64,000 bases of DNA from Clostridium sp. CAG:567 (GCA_000437855.1 FR902206.1:5080-69079); one strand, 5' to 3'. Shown: positions 46,521 to 58,011, numbered from the stretch's first letter. Notes: a model not told the origin generated them from the sequence alone. Program-made: numbers and translations.

Positions 46521-46560
46521 TCTTCCAAATGTTTACATATTTTTAAATTTGAGGTATAAT
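46521..46560 (+). promoter_or_regulatory. promoter of the M50-protease/tsaD operon with the same upstream block
   Basis: TCTTCCAAATG-TTTACA-17 nt-TATAAT. Confidence 0.6.
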
Positions 46561-46600
46561 ATTAAATGTAAAATTGAAAAATGAAAGGCTTGAATATTAT

Positions 46601-47329
46601 ATGAATTTTGATAATAGATATGTATATATAATTTTAGCTATTATAGTATTGGCAAGTGTAATGGGTGGAGGATTTGACTTATTAAGTATATTATTTACAA
46701 TACCAGGAGTACTTTTAGCAATTACATTTCATGAATATGCACATGCTATAGTTGCATATAAACTAGGAGATGATACTCCAAAGGTACAAGGAAGACTTAG
46801 CTTAAATCCATTTACACATTTAGATCCGATTGCAGTTGTTTTGCTAGTTTTTACACATATTGGATGGGGAAGACCAGTAGAAATAAATCCAAATAATTTT
46901 AATAAAAAAATATCAGCAAAAACAGGTGAAGCAATTGTCGCAGCTGCTGGACCTATTATGAATTTCTTACTAGCTATAGTATTAACAATAATATTATATG
47001 CTTTACAAATATTTGCAACTAATTTTGTTAATATTTCAAGAATAGGAATAATTATATTTACAATGTTACAATATGCTGTAATAGTAAATGTAGGATTAGG
47101 AGTATTTAATTTAATACCATTACCACCACTAGACGGATCAAAAGTATTAATGGCATTTTTACCATACAATGCTAAAAGATGGTTTGAAAACCATGAAAGA
47201 ACTTTTTATATAATATTTTTAATTATTTGGATTACACCGATTGCAGGTGAAATTGTATCACCAATAATAAGTGCAGTTAGTTATGGAATTAGTAGTATGG
47301 TACTTAATTTATTTAGTATATTTATGTAG
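46601..47329 (+). CDS. site-2 protease family (M50) membrane metalloprotease
   Basis: HEYAHAIVAYKLGD (HExxH), multiple TM helices, NLIPLPPLDGSK. The start is uncertain (TTG 46574 or ATG 46601). Confidence 0.85.
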   Translation: MNFDNRYVYIILAIIVLASVMGGGFDLLSILFTIPGVLLAITFHEYAHAIVAYKLGDDTPKVQGRLSLNPFTHLDPIAVVLLVFTHIGWGRPVEINPNNFNKKISAKTGEAIVAAAGPIMNFLLAIVLTIILYALQIFATNFVNISRIGIIIFTMLQYAVIVNVGLGVFNLIPLPPLDGSKVLMAFLPYNAKRWFENHERTFYIIFLIIWITPIAGEIVSPIISAVSYGISSMVLNLFSIFM

Positions 47330-47343
47330 AAGGAAATTAAAAA

Positions 47344-48333
47344 ATGAAAGATATATTAACCTTAGGAATAGAATCGAGTTGTGATGAGACTTCAGCTTCT
47401 ATAGTAAAAAATGGAAGAGAAGTTCTTTCAAATGTTATAAACTCACAAATAAAAATACATGAACAATTTGGAGGAGTAGTACCAGAAATAGCTTCTAGAA
47501 ATCATATAGAAGCTATTTCAAATGTTGTAAAAGAAGCAATAAAACAAGCTAATATTACAATGAATGATATAGATGTAATAGCATGTACCTATGGACCAGG
47601 TTTAGTTGGTGCTTTGTTGGTTGGAGTATCTTATGCAAAGGCATTAAGTTATTCTTTAAATAAGCCACTAGTTGGAACAAACCATATACATGGACATATA
47701 GCTGCAAATTATATTAGTCACCCAGAACTAGAACCTCCATTTTTATGTCTAGTTATATCAGGTGGACATACTCACTTGGTACATATAAAAAGCTATTCTG
47801 AGTTTGAAGTGTTAGCTAAAACAAGAGATGATGCAGTGGGAGAGGCTTTTGACAAGGTTGCAAGAGTAATAGGACTAGGGTACCCAGGTGGACCAAAAGT
47901 TGATAAGTTAGCAAAAAAAGGAAAACCAACCATTGAGTTACCTAAGACTCATATAGATAATTTGGATTTTAGTTTTAGTGGAATAAAAACAGCAGTTATA
48001 AATTTACACCATAAAACTCCAGATATTAATAAAGCAGACTTATGCAATAGCTTTGAAAAAACTATTACAGAAGTACTATTAGACCATACTCTAAGAGCAG
48101 CAAAAGAATTAAATATAACTAAAATAGCATTAGCAGGAGGTGTATCTGCAAATAGTTATATAAGAAATGAATTTTTGAAATTAGGTGAAAAAGGATATCA
48201 GGTTTATTATCCGGAACCTGTATTATGTACAGATAATGCTGCAATGATTGCTTCAGCAGGATATTATACATATACAGCGGGAAATATATCAGATTTGACT
48301 TTAAATGCAATACCAAATCTAGGAATAAATTAA
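47344..48333 (+). CDS. tsaD: tRNA N6-adenosine threonylcarbamoyltransferase
   Basis: [15 protein letters not shown].., ..HIHGHIAAN.., ..[10 protein letters not shown]... Confidence 0.95.
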   Translation: MKDILTLGIESSCDETSASIVKNGREVLSNVINSQIKIHEQFGGVVPEIASRNHIEAISNVVKEAIKQANITMNDIDVIACTYGPGLVGALLVGVSYAKALSYSLNKPLVGTNHIHGHIAANYISHPELEPPFLCLVISGGHTHLVHIKSYSEFEVLAKTRDDAVGEAFDKVARVIGLGYPGGPKVDKLAKKGKPTIELPKTHIDNLDFSFSGIKTAVINLHHKTPDINKADLCNSFEKTITEVLLDHTLRAAKELNITKIALAGGVSANSYIRNEFLKLGEKGYQVYYPEPVLCTDNAAMIASAGYYTYTAGNISDLTLNAIPNLGIN

Positions 48334-48351
48334 AAAGAAAAGGAATAAAAC

Positions 48352-49044
48352 ATGGCAATATATGTAATAGCTGACTTGCACTTATCATTTTCTCAGGATA
48401 AGCCAATGAGCATATTTGGAGAAAGTTGGGAGGGGCATAGCGATAAAATAAAAAATAATTGGATATCAAAAGTAAAACAAGAGGATACAGTTGTGTTGCC
48501 TGGGGATTTTTCATGGTCTATGCATTTAAAAGACACATATAAAGATTTTGAATATTTGAATATGTTACCAGGTAAAAAACTATTATTAAAAGGAAATCAT
48601 GACTACTGGTGGACTACTATTACAAGTATGAAGAAGTTTTTGAAAGATAATAAATTTGAAAATATAGACTTTATATATAACAATAGTTTTTTGATAGAAG
48701 ATAAGATTTTAATAGGTACCAGAGGATGGAACTTATTAGATACAGAAAATGATAGTAAAATGATAAAAAGGGAAAATATAAGATTAAAACTTGCAATAGA
48801 ACAAGGAATAAATCAATATGGAAAAGAAAAAGAAATAATAGCATTTATGCATTATCCACCAATAACTAAAAAAAATAAAACATCAGAATTTATTGATACA
48901 TTAAAACAATATGGAATAAAAAAATGCTATTATGGACACTTGCATGGTAAATCACATCAAGATGCAATTGAAGGATGCGTTGATGGAATAAATTTCAAAC
49001 TTGTAAGTGCAGACTATTTGAATTTTGATTTGATTAAAATATAA
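48352..49044 (+). CDS. metallophosphoesterase
   Basis: IYVIADLHLS, LPGDFSW, KGNHDYWW, HYPP, GHLHG motifs. Confidence 0.85.
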   Translation: MAIYVIADLHLSFSQDKPMSIFGESWEGHSDKIKNNWISKVKQEDTVVLPGDFSWSMHLKDTYKDFEYLNMLPGKKLLLKGNHDYWWTTITSMKKFLKDNKFENIDFIYNNSFLIEDKILIGTRGWNLLDTENDSKMIKRENIRLKLAIEQGINQYGKEKEIIAFMHYPPITKKNKTSEFIDTLKQYGIKKCYYGHLHGKSHQDAIEGCVDGINFKLVSADYLNFDLIKI

Positions 49045-49119
49045 GCATAAACACTTGAAATACTTGAAAAATGTGGTATAATATAAAAGCTAATTATTTT
49101 TTGAAAGGAAGATTATAAA

Positions 49120-50403
49120 ATGAGTGTAAAAGTAGAAAACACAGAAAACAAAAATGAAGTAAAATTAAGTTTCGTAGTAGAAGCAGAAAAATTTGATGAA
49201 GCAATGAAAAAAGTATATGCTAAAACAGCTAAATACTTTACTATACCTGGATTTAGAAAAGGTAAAGCACCAATGAATATGGTAGAAAAACAATATGGAA
49301 CAGAAATATTCCACGAAGATACATTTAATGAACTAGTACCAGAAATTTATGAAACAGCAATTAAAGAAAATAATATTCAAGTTGTAAGCAATCCTGACAT
49401 AGATATTACTCAAATTGGAAAAGGAAAAGACCTTATATTTACAGCAATAGTACAAATAAAACCAGAAGTAAAATTAGGAAAATATAAAGGTATAGAATTA
49501 AAGAAAATTGAGTATAATGTATCTGATCATGATATTGAACATGAATTAGGACACATGGCAGAACATAATGCAAGATTAGTAAGCATAGAAGATAGACCTG
49601 TTGAAAAAGGAGACATAACAGTTATTGACTTTGAAGGTTCTATTGATGGTGTACCTTTTGAAGGTGGAAAAGCTGAAAAACATGAACTAGAAATTGGAAG
49701 CAATACATTTATTCCTGGATTTGAAGATCAAATAGTTGGAATGAAATTAGAAGAAGAAAAAGATATTACAGTTACATTCCCAGAAGATTATTTTTCTAAA
49801 GAACTAGCAGGAAAACCAGCTGTATTTAAAGTAAAATTACATGAAATTAAGAAAAAAGAGCTTCCAAAAATTGATGATGAGTTTGCAAAAGACGTTAGTG
49901 AATTCGAAACATTAGCTGAATTAAAGAATAGTATTAAAGAAAGAATGCAAAAAGCAAACGAAGAAAAAGCTAAATATGAAATGGAAGATGCTGCGCTAAA
50001 AGCTGTTAGCGACAATGTAGAAATAGACATTCCATCTGGAATGATTGATGCTGAAATTGACAACATGATGAAAGACATTGAACAAAGATTACAATACCAA
50101 GGTTTAACATTAGCTCAATATTTTACACTATCAGGAAAAACAGAAGCACAAGTTAGAGAAGAAATGAAAGAACAAGCTAAAAAAGCTGTTAAATCTAGAT
50201 TAGTAATAGAAGCAATTATTAAAGCAGAAGACATAAAACCAGAAGAAAAAGAAGTTGAAGAAAAACTTAAAGAAATGGCTAAAAACTATGGCAAAACTGA
50301 AGAAGAAATGTCTAAAAATGAATACATAAAAGAATATATTGAAAATAATATGAAAGTAGAAAAAGCAATAGAATTCATCGTTAACAATGCTAAAATAAAA
50401 TAA
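49120..50403 (+). CDS. tig: trigger factor
   Basis: ..IPGFRKGKAP.. ribosome-binding motif and an FKBP-type middle domain. Confidence 0.95.
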   Translation: MSVKVENTENKNEVKLSFVVEAEKFDEAMKKVYAKTAKYFTIPGFRKGKAPMNMVEKQYGTEIFHEDTFNELVPEIYETAIKENNIQVVSNPDIDITQIGKGKDLIFTAIVQIKPEVKLGKYKGIELKKIEYNVSDHDIEHELGHMAEHNARLVSIEDRPVEKGDITVIDFEGSIDGVPFEGGKAEKHELEIGSNTFIPGFEDQIVGMKLEEEKDITVTFPEDYFSKELAGKPAVFKVKLHEIKKKELPKIDDEFAKDVSEFETLAELKNSIKERMQKANEEKAKYEMEDAALKAVSDNVEIDIPSGMIDAEIDNMMKDIEQRLQYQGLTLAQYFTLSGKTEAQVREEMKEQAKKAVKSRLVIEAIIKAEDIKPEEKEVEEKLKEMAKNYGKTEEEMSKNEYIKEYIENNMKVEKAIEFIVNNAKIK

Positions 50404-50449
50404 GTTTTAATTTAATTGATCAAAAGAGAAAGGTTGGTAATTAATAAAT

Positions 50450-51055
50450 ATGAAAGAACAAAATAGTTTAGTTCCTTATGTTATTGAACAAACAGCAAAA
50501 GGAGAAAGATCTTATGATATTTTCTCAAGACTTTTGAAAGATAGAATTATATTTTTAGGTGAAGACGTTAATCAAACTTCAGCAAGTTTAGTAATTGCAC
50601 AATTATTATTTCTTGAATCAGAAGATCCAGACAAAGAAATTCACTTATACATAAATAGCCCAGGAGGATCTATTACTGACGGAATGGGAATTGTTGATAC
50701 AATGAATTATATTAAATGTCCAGTTTCAACTATATGTATAGGTATGGCTGCAAGTATGGGAGCAGTTCTTTTAGCAGCAGGTGAAAAAGGAAAAAGATTT
50801 GCAACACCAAATGCAGAAATTCTAATTCATCAACCATTAATTGGTGGTGGCGGACTATCAGGACAAACAACAGAAATTAAAATACACGCAGACCACATGG
50901 TAAAAACAAGAGAAAAATTAAATAAGTTCTTAAGCGAAAGAACAGGTCAACCATTAGATATAATTAATAAAGACACAGAAAGAGATAATTACATGACAGC
51001 AGAAGAAGCACTTAAATATGGATTGATTGATGGCATTATGGAAAAAAGAATTTAA
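50450..51055 (+). CDS. clpP: ATP-dependent Clp protease proteolytic subunit
   Basis: [19 protein letters not shown].., GMAASMGA (Ser), IHQP (His). Confidence 0.97.
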   Translation: MKEQNSLVPYVIEQTAKGERSYDIFSRLLKDRIIFLGEDVNQTSASLVIAQLLFLESEDPDKEIHLYINSPGGSITDGMGIVDTMNYIKCPVSTICIGMAASMGAVLLAAGEKGKRFATPNAEILIHQPLIGGGGLSGQTTEIKIHADHMVKTREKLNKFLSERTGQPLDIINKDTERDNYMTAEEALKYGLIDGIMEKRI

Positions 51056-51090
51056 TTAAAAACAAAAAATGGAAAGGAAATTAGCTGAGA

Positions 51091-52401
51091 ATGACAAATA
51101 AAACTAAAGGCGTAAAATGTTCTTTTTGTGGTAAATCACAAGAAGCAGTAGGTAGAATTATTGCAGGACCTGGAGTATATATTTGTGATGAATGCATAAA
51201 AGTATGTAACAATATTTTAGAAGAAGAAATATATGAAGATGCAGAAATGACATACACAACTAAAGTCGAAGATAAACTACCAAAACCAGCTGAAATAAAA
51301 GAAGTTTTAGACTCGTATGTAATTGGTCAAAATGAAGCTAAAAAAACGCTATCTGTTGCAGTATATAACCATTACAAAAGAATAAATCACCAAGAAGAAT
51401 CTGATGATGTAGAATTGCAAAAAAGTAATGTTTTATTATTAGGACCTACAGGTTGTGGAAAGACTTTATTAGCACAAACACTAGCCAAAATATTACAAGT
51501 TCCATTTGCAATTGCAGACGCAACAACATTAACAGAAGCAGGTTATGTTGGTGAAGATGTCGAAAATATTTTACTAAAACTTATTCAAGCAGCTGACTAT
51601 GACATAGAAAAAGCAGAAAAAGGAATTATATATATTGATGAAATAGATAAAATTTCTAGAAAATCTGAAAATCCTTCAATCACTAGAGATGTTAGTGGAG
51701 AGGGGGTGCAACAAGCTTTGCTAAAAATAGTAGAAGGAACTGTTGCATCAGTACCACCACAAGGTGGCAGAAAACACCCTCATCAAGAATTTATACAAAT
51801 AAATACATCAAACATATTATTCATTTGTGGAGGAGCTTTTGAAGGACTTGAAAAAATAGTAAAAGATAGAATTGGTCAAAAATCAATAGGCTTTGGAGCT
51901 AAAATTGAAAGTAATAAAGATATAGATAAATATAAGGTATTTGAACAACTATTACCACAAGATTTGTTGAAGTTTGGTTTAATACCAGAGTTTGTTGGAA
52001 GATTACCAATTATAGCAACATTGCAAGAATTAGACAGAGATGCCTTAATTGATATTGTTACAAAACCTAAAAATGCGTTAGTAAAGCAATACCAAAAATT
52101 GTTTAAGCTAGACAACGTTGATTTAGAGTTTGAACAAGAAGCATTGAATTTAATAGTTGATAAAGCGATTGAAAGAAAAACAGGAGCAAGAGGTTTACGT
52201 TCTATTATAGAAGAAATTATGAGAGACATTATGTTTGAAATTCCTTCCAACCCTAAAATAGAAAAATGTATAATAACTGAAGAAACGGTTAGAAATGGAG
52301 AACCTCCTAAAATTATTATAAATAATAATAGAGAGATTATTGAGCCTAAGACTGTTAAAGTTAAAAGACAGGCAACAACTAAAAAAATTGGAACCGCATA
52401 A
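51091..52401 (+). CDS. clpX: ATP-dependent Clp protease ATP-binding subunit ClpX
   Basis: Zinc ribbon CSFCGK..CDEC, Walker [25 protein letters not shown]. Confidence 0.97.
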   Translation: MTNKTKGVKCSFCGKSQEAVGRIIAGPGVYICDECIKVCNNILEEEIYEDAEMTYTTKVEDKLPKPAEIKEVLDSYVIGQNEAKKTLSVAVYNHYKRINHQEESDDVELQKSNVLLLGPTGCGKTLLAQTLAKILQVPFAIADATTLTEAGYVGEDVENILLKLIQAADYDIEKAEKGIIYIDEIDKISRKSENPSITRDVSGEGVQQALLKIVEGTVASVPPQGGRKHPHQEFIQINTSNILFICGGAFEGLEKIVKDRIGQKSIGFGAKIESNKDIDKYKVFEQLLPQDLLKFGLIPEFVGRLPIIATLQELDRDALIDIVTKPKNALVKQYQKLFKLDNVDLEFEQEALNLIVDKAIERKTGARGLRSIIEEIMRDIMFEIPSNPKIEKCIITEETVRNGEPPKIIINNNREIIEPKTVKVKRQATTKKIGTA

Positions 52402-52404
52402 AAA

Positions 52405-52432
52405 ATGTCAAATATTTGTTTGACATTTTTTT
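52405..52432 (+). terminator. rho-independent terminator of clpX
   Basis: atgtcaaa-tatttg-tttgacat followed by tttttt. The 3' arm also supplies a TTGACA -35 for lexA (17 nt to TATTAT). Confidence 0.8.
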
Positions 52433-52535
52433 GTTTGTATGCTATTATATAAAAGAATACGAAAAACTGGATATATTAACCAGTGCAAGAGATAAAATAA
52501 GGAGTGATGTTATTTTGGCTAAAAAAAAGGACCCA

Positions 52536-53174
52536 ATGTCAATTAATAAAAGAGAAAAAGCAATATTAAGATTTATTGAAAAACAAGTTGAAGAAAAGGG
52601 ATATGCACCATCTGTAAGAGAAATAGGAAAAGCAGTTGGATTAAAATCAACAGCAACAGTACATGGGTATTTAGCAAAATTATCTGAAAAAGGATACATA
52701 AAAAAAGAAGACCAAAAAGGTAGAACTTTGCGCTTATTAAAAGGCGGAGATGGAGAACCAGTAAAAAAACATGAAGATAAAAATTATTATACTGGAAGAG
52801 AAATGGTTGATGTTCCTGTTATTGGCAAAATAACAGCCGGAGAACCAATACTAGCAGTAGAAAATATTACAGATACATTTCCTATTCCAATTGATTTTGT
52901 TGGAAACAGTGAAAGTTTCATGCTTACAGTTAGAGGAGAAAGCATGATAGAAGCAGGTATTTTAAATGGGGACTATATTTTAGTTAAAAAACAAAATACA
53001 GCTTTAAATGGAGAAATAGTTGTAGCATTAATAGGAGATGAAGCAACAGTAAAAACATTTTATAAAGAAAAAGATCATATAAGATTGCAACCACAAAATA
53101 GCACTATGGATCCAATAATTGTACCAACATGTGAAATTTTGGGAAAAGTTGCAGGAGTATTTAGAAAACTATAA
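52536..53174 (+). CDS. lexA: LexA repressor
   Basis: wHTH ..GYAPSVREIGKAVGLKSTATVHGYLAKL.., cleavage/peptidase S24 part ..RGESM..ALNGEIVVA... The start is ATG 52536, or TTG 52515 (9 nt after AAGGAG); the track start 52416 is unlikely. Confidence 0.9.
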   Translation: MSINKREKAILRFIEKQVEEKGYAPSVREIGKAVGLKSTATVHGYLAKLSEKGYIKKEDQKGRTLRLLKGGDGEPVKKHEDKNYYTGREMVDVPVIGKITAGEPILAVENITDTFPIPIDFVGNSESFMLTVRGESMIEAGILNGDYILVKKQNTALNGEIVVALIGDEATVKTFYKEKDHIRLQPQNSTMDPIIVPTCEILGKVAGVFRKL

Positions 53175-53190
53175 ATGAAAGGGGTATAAT

Positions 53191-53712
53191 ATGAGCGATT
53201 ATTTGTCAATATGGATATATAATAGTAGACCTAGAGTAAAAGTACTTTTATGCTATGTATTACTGTTTTTAATAGTGTTTGTATTTTCAAATATAATGAT
53301 ATATTTATATACTAAATCATTATATAAACCTATGGAAAAATATGAAGTGAATATAGAAACACCTCAAGTAACAGTTAATGTAGCAGAAGCAACAAACGTA
53401 AACGGTAATGTAAAAGGAACTATTAAAAATACTACAGAAGAAAGAGTTACAGATAAATACTTAAGATTTGACTTTTATACGCCAAGAGATGTTAATATAG
53501 GAACAAAATATTTGAAAATAGATAGTTTAGAGGTTGGAGAAGAAAAACAATTTGAACTTGGATTTAAATATGATAATGTAAGTTCAGTAAAAATTACAGT
53601 TGCAGGTAACGATGATGTATTAAAAGCTACACCTGAAGAATTAGAAATAACTCCACCATTTGGTCCAGCCGGAATATTACAATTGGTATTTTTAGGAAGG
53701 TTATTTGTATAA
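53191..53712 (+). CDS. membrane-anchored protein with a beta-rich ectodomain (FxLYD-like, tentative)
   Basis: One TM helix, then ..NVNGNVKGTIKNTTEERVTDKYLRFDFYT..LEVGEEKQFELGF... Confidence 0.6.
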   Translation: MSDYLSIWIYNSRPRVKVLLCYVLLFLIVFVFSNIMIYLYTKSLYKPMEKYEVNIETPQVTVNVAEATNVNGNVKGTIKNTTEERVTDKYLRFDFYTPRDVNIGTKYLKIDSLEVGEEKQFELGFKYDNVSSVKITVAGNDDVLKATPEELEITPPFGPAGILQLVFLGRLFV

Positions 53713-53730
53713 AATAATAAAATCAAGGTA

Positions 53731-53763
53731 AAATAGAGTATAAGATTATACTCTATTTTTTTA
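53731..53763 (+). terminator. rho-independent terminator
   Basis: aaatagagtata-agat-tatactctattt followed by ttttt. Confidence 0.85.
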
Positions 53764-53869
53764 TTTAAAAAATATTAAAAAATACATTGCTATTTTAAAT
53801 GCTTTGTAATATAATTGTAACAGAATTGTAATAAAAACGAAATGTGCTTTGTCGAAAGGAAAGATTTAA

Positions 53870-54874
53870 ATGTTTAAGTATGGACAAGATATAGGAATAG
53901 ATTTAGGTACAGCAACAGTTATTGCCTATGCTAAAGGTAAAGGGATAGTATTAAGAGAACCATCTGTAGTTGCAGTTGATAACAACACAGGAGAAGTATT
54001 GGCAGTAGGAAAAGAAGCAAGACGAATGCTTGGAAGAACACCAGGAAATATAGTTGCTACAAGACCATTAAGAGATGGTGTAATCTCTAATTACACTGTA
54101 ACAGAAAAAATGCTTAAATATTTTATAAATAGAGTATGTGGAAAATTTATATTTGCACCAAGAATTATGATTTGCATACCATCAAAAGTAACTGAAGTAG
54201 AGAAAAAAGCTGTTATAGATGCTGCATCACAAGCAGGAGCTAGAAAAGTTTATCTAATAGAAGAGCCAATTGCAGCTGCAATTGGAGCAGGACTTGATAT
54301 ATCTAAACCATGTGGAAATATGGTTGTTGATATTGGTGGAGGAACAACTGATATTGCTGTTATATCTTTAGGAGGATCAGTAGTAAGCAGTTCTATTAAG
54401 GTTGCAGGAGATAAGTTTGATGAAGCAATAGTTAAATATATAAAGAAAAAGTACAATATAGTTATAGGTGAAAGAACAGCAGAAGATTTAAAGATTAATA
54501 TAGGATGTGTATATCCAAAAATTCAAGATATGGAAATGGACATAAGAGGAAGAGATTTAGCTACAGGACTTCCAAAAACAATAACAGTTCGTTCAAGCGA
54601 AATGTTAGAAGCTTTAATAGAACCTGCAATGATGGTGGTTGATGCCGTACATAGTGTGCTAGAAAAAACACCTCCAGAATTGTCTGCTGATATTAGCGAT
54701 AGAGGAATATATATGACAGGTGGAGGATGCTTAATTGATGGACTAGATAAGTTGTTACAAGAAAAAACAGGAATTAATGTAATGATTGCACAAGATGCTG
54801 TATCATGTGTAGCTTTAGGAACAGGTAAAGCTTTAGATAATTTAGATGCTTTAGACGGAAAAAGAAGAAAATAA
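53870..54874 (+). CDS. mreB: rod shape-determining protein MreB/Mbl
   Basis: IGIDLGTATV.., ..DIGGGTTDIAV.., actin-fold motifs throughout. Confidence 0.95.
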   Translation: MFKYGQDIGIDLGTATVIAYAKGKGIVLREPSVVAVDNNTGEVLAVGKEARRMLGRTPGNIVATRPLRDGVISNYTVTEKMLKYFINRVCGKFIFAPRIMICIPSKVTEVEKKAVIDAASQAGARKVYLIEEPIAAAIGAGLDISKPCGNMVVDIGGGTTDIAVISLGGSVVSSSIKVAGDKFDEAIVKYIKKKYNIVIGERTAEDLKINIGCVYPKIQDMEMDIRGRDLATGLPKTITVRSSEMLEALIEPAMMVVDAVHSVLEKTPPELSADISDRGIYMTGGGCLIDGLDKLLQEKTGINVMIAQDAVSCVALGTGKALDNLDALDGKRRK

Positions 54875-54880
54875 TAAAAA

Positions 54881-54906
54881 AACATAGTGGCAAACACTAT
54901 GTTTTT
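54881..54906 (+). terminator. rho-independent terminator
   Basis: aacatagtg-gcaaa-cactatgtt followed by ttt. Confidence 0.8.
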
Positions 54907-55015
54907 ATTTTGCTTGTAACTAAAAACTTGCAAAATTTAAAATAAAAATGTATAATAGTTTTATTGTAAAAGCTATTTTATGAGACTTTAATATATATTA
55001 TGGGAGTGAAATAAA

Positions 55016-56878
55016 ATGAGAGGATTAAGAGATTTTAAAGTTCCAGACTTCAAATTTCCAAAATTTAAAATGAGAGATATATCAGAAATTGAAGAAATGA
55101 ATATGAGTAATGAAGAAATAGAAAAACAAAAGGAAGAAAGAAAAAAAGATAAGAAAGAATATGTGGCAACAAATTATTCTGATATAAAGGAAATATTTGA
55201 ATATGCAATAAAAAAGTATTCAGATAAAGAATTTATACTTGAAAAATTTGATCCAAAAGGCAAATACGAAGAAATTACATATAAAAAATTTGGAGAAGAT
55301 GTTAAAAGTTTTGGTACAGCAATAAATAAAGTATTGGAATTAAATGAAAAACCAAGAATTATGATATTGAGTGAAACAACTTACGATTGGTATGTATCTT
55401 ATGTTACTTCACTTTGCATTGATGCAATTGCAATCCCAACAGATAAAGAACTACCAGAAAACGAATTAGAAAATGTAGTAGGAAGATCTAAAGCTAATAT
55501 TATTATATATTCAGAAAAGAAAGCAGACTCTGTAAAAAAACTAATAGAAAAATTCCCTAACGTAAAATATTTTATAAAAATGTATTCAGATGAAGATATA
55601 AAAGATAGAAATGTAGGAATGCAATATCTTATAAATGAAGGAATGAAATTTATTAATTCAGGAGACAAAAGCTTTGAAAATATTAAAATAAATCCGGATG
55701 AATTTAAGGTATTACTATTTACATCTGGAACTACATCAAGTGCTAAAGGAGTTATGCTAACAAGCCGTAACTTGGCAGAAAATATAAATGCAGCTACAGC
55801 TTATGCAAAGGTTTATCCAGAAGACAGATTCTTTTCAGTATTGCCTTTACATCATACTTATGAATCAACTATTGGATTTTTACTTCCAATGGCATGGGGA
55901 TGTTCAATAGCAGTTTGTCAGGGATTAAAACATATAGTTCCTAATATGTTGGAAACAAAGCCAACAGTTTTAATATCAGTTCCTTTATTGATTGAAAACT
56001 TATACAAAAAAATAAATGCAAGTATAAAAAAAGCAAATAAAGATGGATTGGTAAATTCAATGATACATGTGACAAATGCATTAAAGGTGGTAGGAGTAGA
56101 TATAAAACGCAAAGTATTTTCAGACATTTATGAAAATTTAGGAGGAAACTTAAGATTTATAGTGTCTGCAGCAGCTCCAATAGATGCAAAAGTAGGAAAA
56201 TGGGTAGAGGATATAGGAATAATATTCCTACAAGGATATGGACTAACAGAAACAGCTCCAATTGCAGCTTTGACACCAGAATATCAAACTAAAGTTGGCT
56301 CAGCAGGTAAAGCAATACCAAAAGGAAAAATAAAAATTGAAGATCCAAACGAAAATGGAGAAGGTGAAGTACTTATAAAAACACCTACATTAATGCTTGG
56401 ATATTATGAAGATGAAGAAGCAACCAAAAGTGTTATTGAAGAAATAAATGGAGAAAGATGGTTTCATTCTGGAGATATAGGTTATTTAGATAAAGATGGA
56501 TTCTTATACATAACAGGAAGAAGCAAAAATGTAATTGTTACTCAAAATGGAAAAAATATTTATCCAGAAGAAATAGAATTACTATTATCTCATGTACCAG
56601 AAATAAAAGAATGTATGGTATATGGTAAAGAAGACGAAAAAGATAAAAGTAATAAAGAACTTATTGTTTCTGTAAAGGTTATACCTAACTTTGAAAAAAT
56701 AGGAAAAGACTTAACTGATGAACAAATTAGAGAAATTATTTGGCCTAAAATAAAAGAGGTAAATAAAAAGCTAACTTCATATAAAGCAATAAAAAATCTT
56801 GAAATTAAACATGATGAATTTGAAAAAACTACTACAATGAAAATTAAAAGATATGCAGAAATAAAAAAGAATAAATAA
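55016..56878 (+). CDS. AMP-binding long-chain acyl-CoA ligase
   Basis: LLFTSGTTSSAKGVMLTSRNL (AMP-binding motif), GYGLTET, and a C-terminal ..KIKR. Confidence 0.88.
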   Translation: MRGLRDFKVPDFKFPKFKMRDISEIEEMNMSNEEIEKQKEERKKDKKEYVATNYSDIKEIFEYAIKKYSDKEFILEKFDPKGKYEEITYKKFGEDVKSFGTAINKVLELNEKPRIMILSETTYDWYVSYVTSLCIDAIAIPTDKELPENELENVVGRSKANIIIYSEKKADSVKKLIEKFPNVKYFIKMYSDEDIKDRNVGMQYLINEGMKFINSGDKSFENIKINPDEFKVLLFTSGTTSSAKGVMLTSRNLAENINAATAYAKVYPEDRFFSVLPLHHTYESTIGFLLPMAWGCSIAVCQGLKHIVPNMLETKPTVLISVPLLIENLYKKINASIKKANKDGLVNSMIHVTNALKVVGVDIKRKVFSDIYENLGGNLRFIVSAAAPIDAKVGKWVEDIGIIFLQGYGLTETAPIAALTPEYQTKVGSAGKAIPKGKIKIEDPNENGEGEVLIKTPTLMLGYYEDEEATKSVIEEINGERWFHSGDIGYLDKDGFLYITGRSKNVIVTQNGKNIYPEEIELLLSHVPEIKECMVYGKEDEKDKSNKELIVSVKVIPNFEKIGKDLTDEQIREIIWPKIKEVNKKLTSYKAIKNLEIKHDEFEKTTTMKIKRYAEIKKNK

Positions 56879-56943
56879 TATAATAATTAGAAAAAATGAA
56901 TGAAGAAGCGCTACAAAAAAATACATTTTATTACAAAATATCC

Positions 56944-56972
56944 TTGACTTTGCAAAAATGTTGTAATAAAAT
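56944..56972 (+). promoter_or_regulatory. sigma-A type promoter
   Basis: TTGACT (56944-56949), 17 nt, TAAAAT (56967-56972). Confidence 0.55.
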
Positions 56973-57087
56973 CGTTATAGAAAAGAAAAAAGAAAAAAAG
57001 ATGAAGTCCTATTGTGGTTTTTTATAATTCAGTATATAATAGTAACGCATAGGAAAAATAACATAGGATAAAGGAGGGAAGTTTACG

Positions 57088-57930
57088 ATGTCTAGATCTG
57101 GCATAGTAAACGTGAGAATGGTTATCACGGAAGAAAAAATATTATCAAATATGGATAAAGTACAAAAACTAATAAATCCTAACAGCAAAAAGCAAATTGT
57201 ACAATTAGAAGAAGATGCTTTTTTCAAGGATTTAATAGAATCTATAAAAACCTATTTAATTGAGTATCCAAAAAAGAAAAACTTTCCTAAAGCAGTATAT
57301 AAAGCTGCTTATGAGTTAGTTGAATATGCAACAAATCAATTTGAAGAAAACACAAAAAAAATAGAAGAATTAATTCGTCAAAGAGAAAAAAATATTGCAT
57401 TAGCTAATAAATTAAGGGAAACATTAGAAATAGTACAAAATAAAGAAGAAAACTGGAAAGAAGCTGTAAAAAGTGTTTCAAGAGATTTTCCAGAAGATAT
57501 AATTGATACATTAAGTTTAATAGGTAGAACAAAATCAACAAAATCACAAAATTATCAAGATGCAGTAAAACTAATAAATGCAAGAATTGTTAATCTAGAA
57601 TCAAACTTACATATAGAAATAGATATGGAAAGAATAGAAGATAGATCAAAAGCTTTAAGCTACATTGGAATTGAAATAGCAGATGCATTAAAATTGATAC
57701 CAACTCCACAAGATGATAGCAATGAAGTTGAAGCAATACTAAATGAAATAAAAGAAGAAACTCCAGAAGAAAAGACATACTTTGAACAAACAAGAGTAGA
57801 AGTAAAACCATCTTTATGGCAAAGAATTAAAAATAGCAAGATTGTAAGAGCAATAAGCTATGCAATGAAGATTAAAGTTGTACTTCAAGTACCAGCACTT
57901 CCAGAGGGAAGAGGAGAACAACATAACTAA
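57088..57930 (+). CDS. hypothetical coiled-coil protein
   Basis: 280-aa ORF with AAGGAGGG 9 nt upstream. No motif recognised. Confidence 0.6.
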   Translation: MSRSGIVNVRMVITEEKILSNMDKVQKLINPNSKKQIVQLEEDAFFKDLIESIKTYLIEYPKKKNFPKAVYKAAYELVEYATNQFEENTKKIEELIRQREKNIALANKLRETLEIVQNKEENWKEAVKSVSRDFPEDIIDTLSLIGRTKSTKSQNYQDAVKLINARIVNLESNLHIEIDMERIEDRSKALSYIGIEIADALKLIPTPQDDSNEVEAILNEIKEETPEEKTYFEQTRVEVKPSLWQRIKNSKIVRAISYAMKIKVVLQVPALPEGRGEQHN

Positions 57931-58011
57931 TGATATATTGTTAAAGTGGTTAGATAAAATCTAACTACTTTAATTGTATAATCAAAAAATAAAAAAATAT
58001 AAACAAAACTA

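Noticed and set aside
52466-52484. The inverted repeat ACTGG-N9-CCAGT in the lexA leader, considered as a LexA operator.
   Set aside because: The arms are only 5 bp and bear no resemblance to the GAAC/GTTC half-sites. It is too weak to call.
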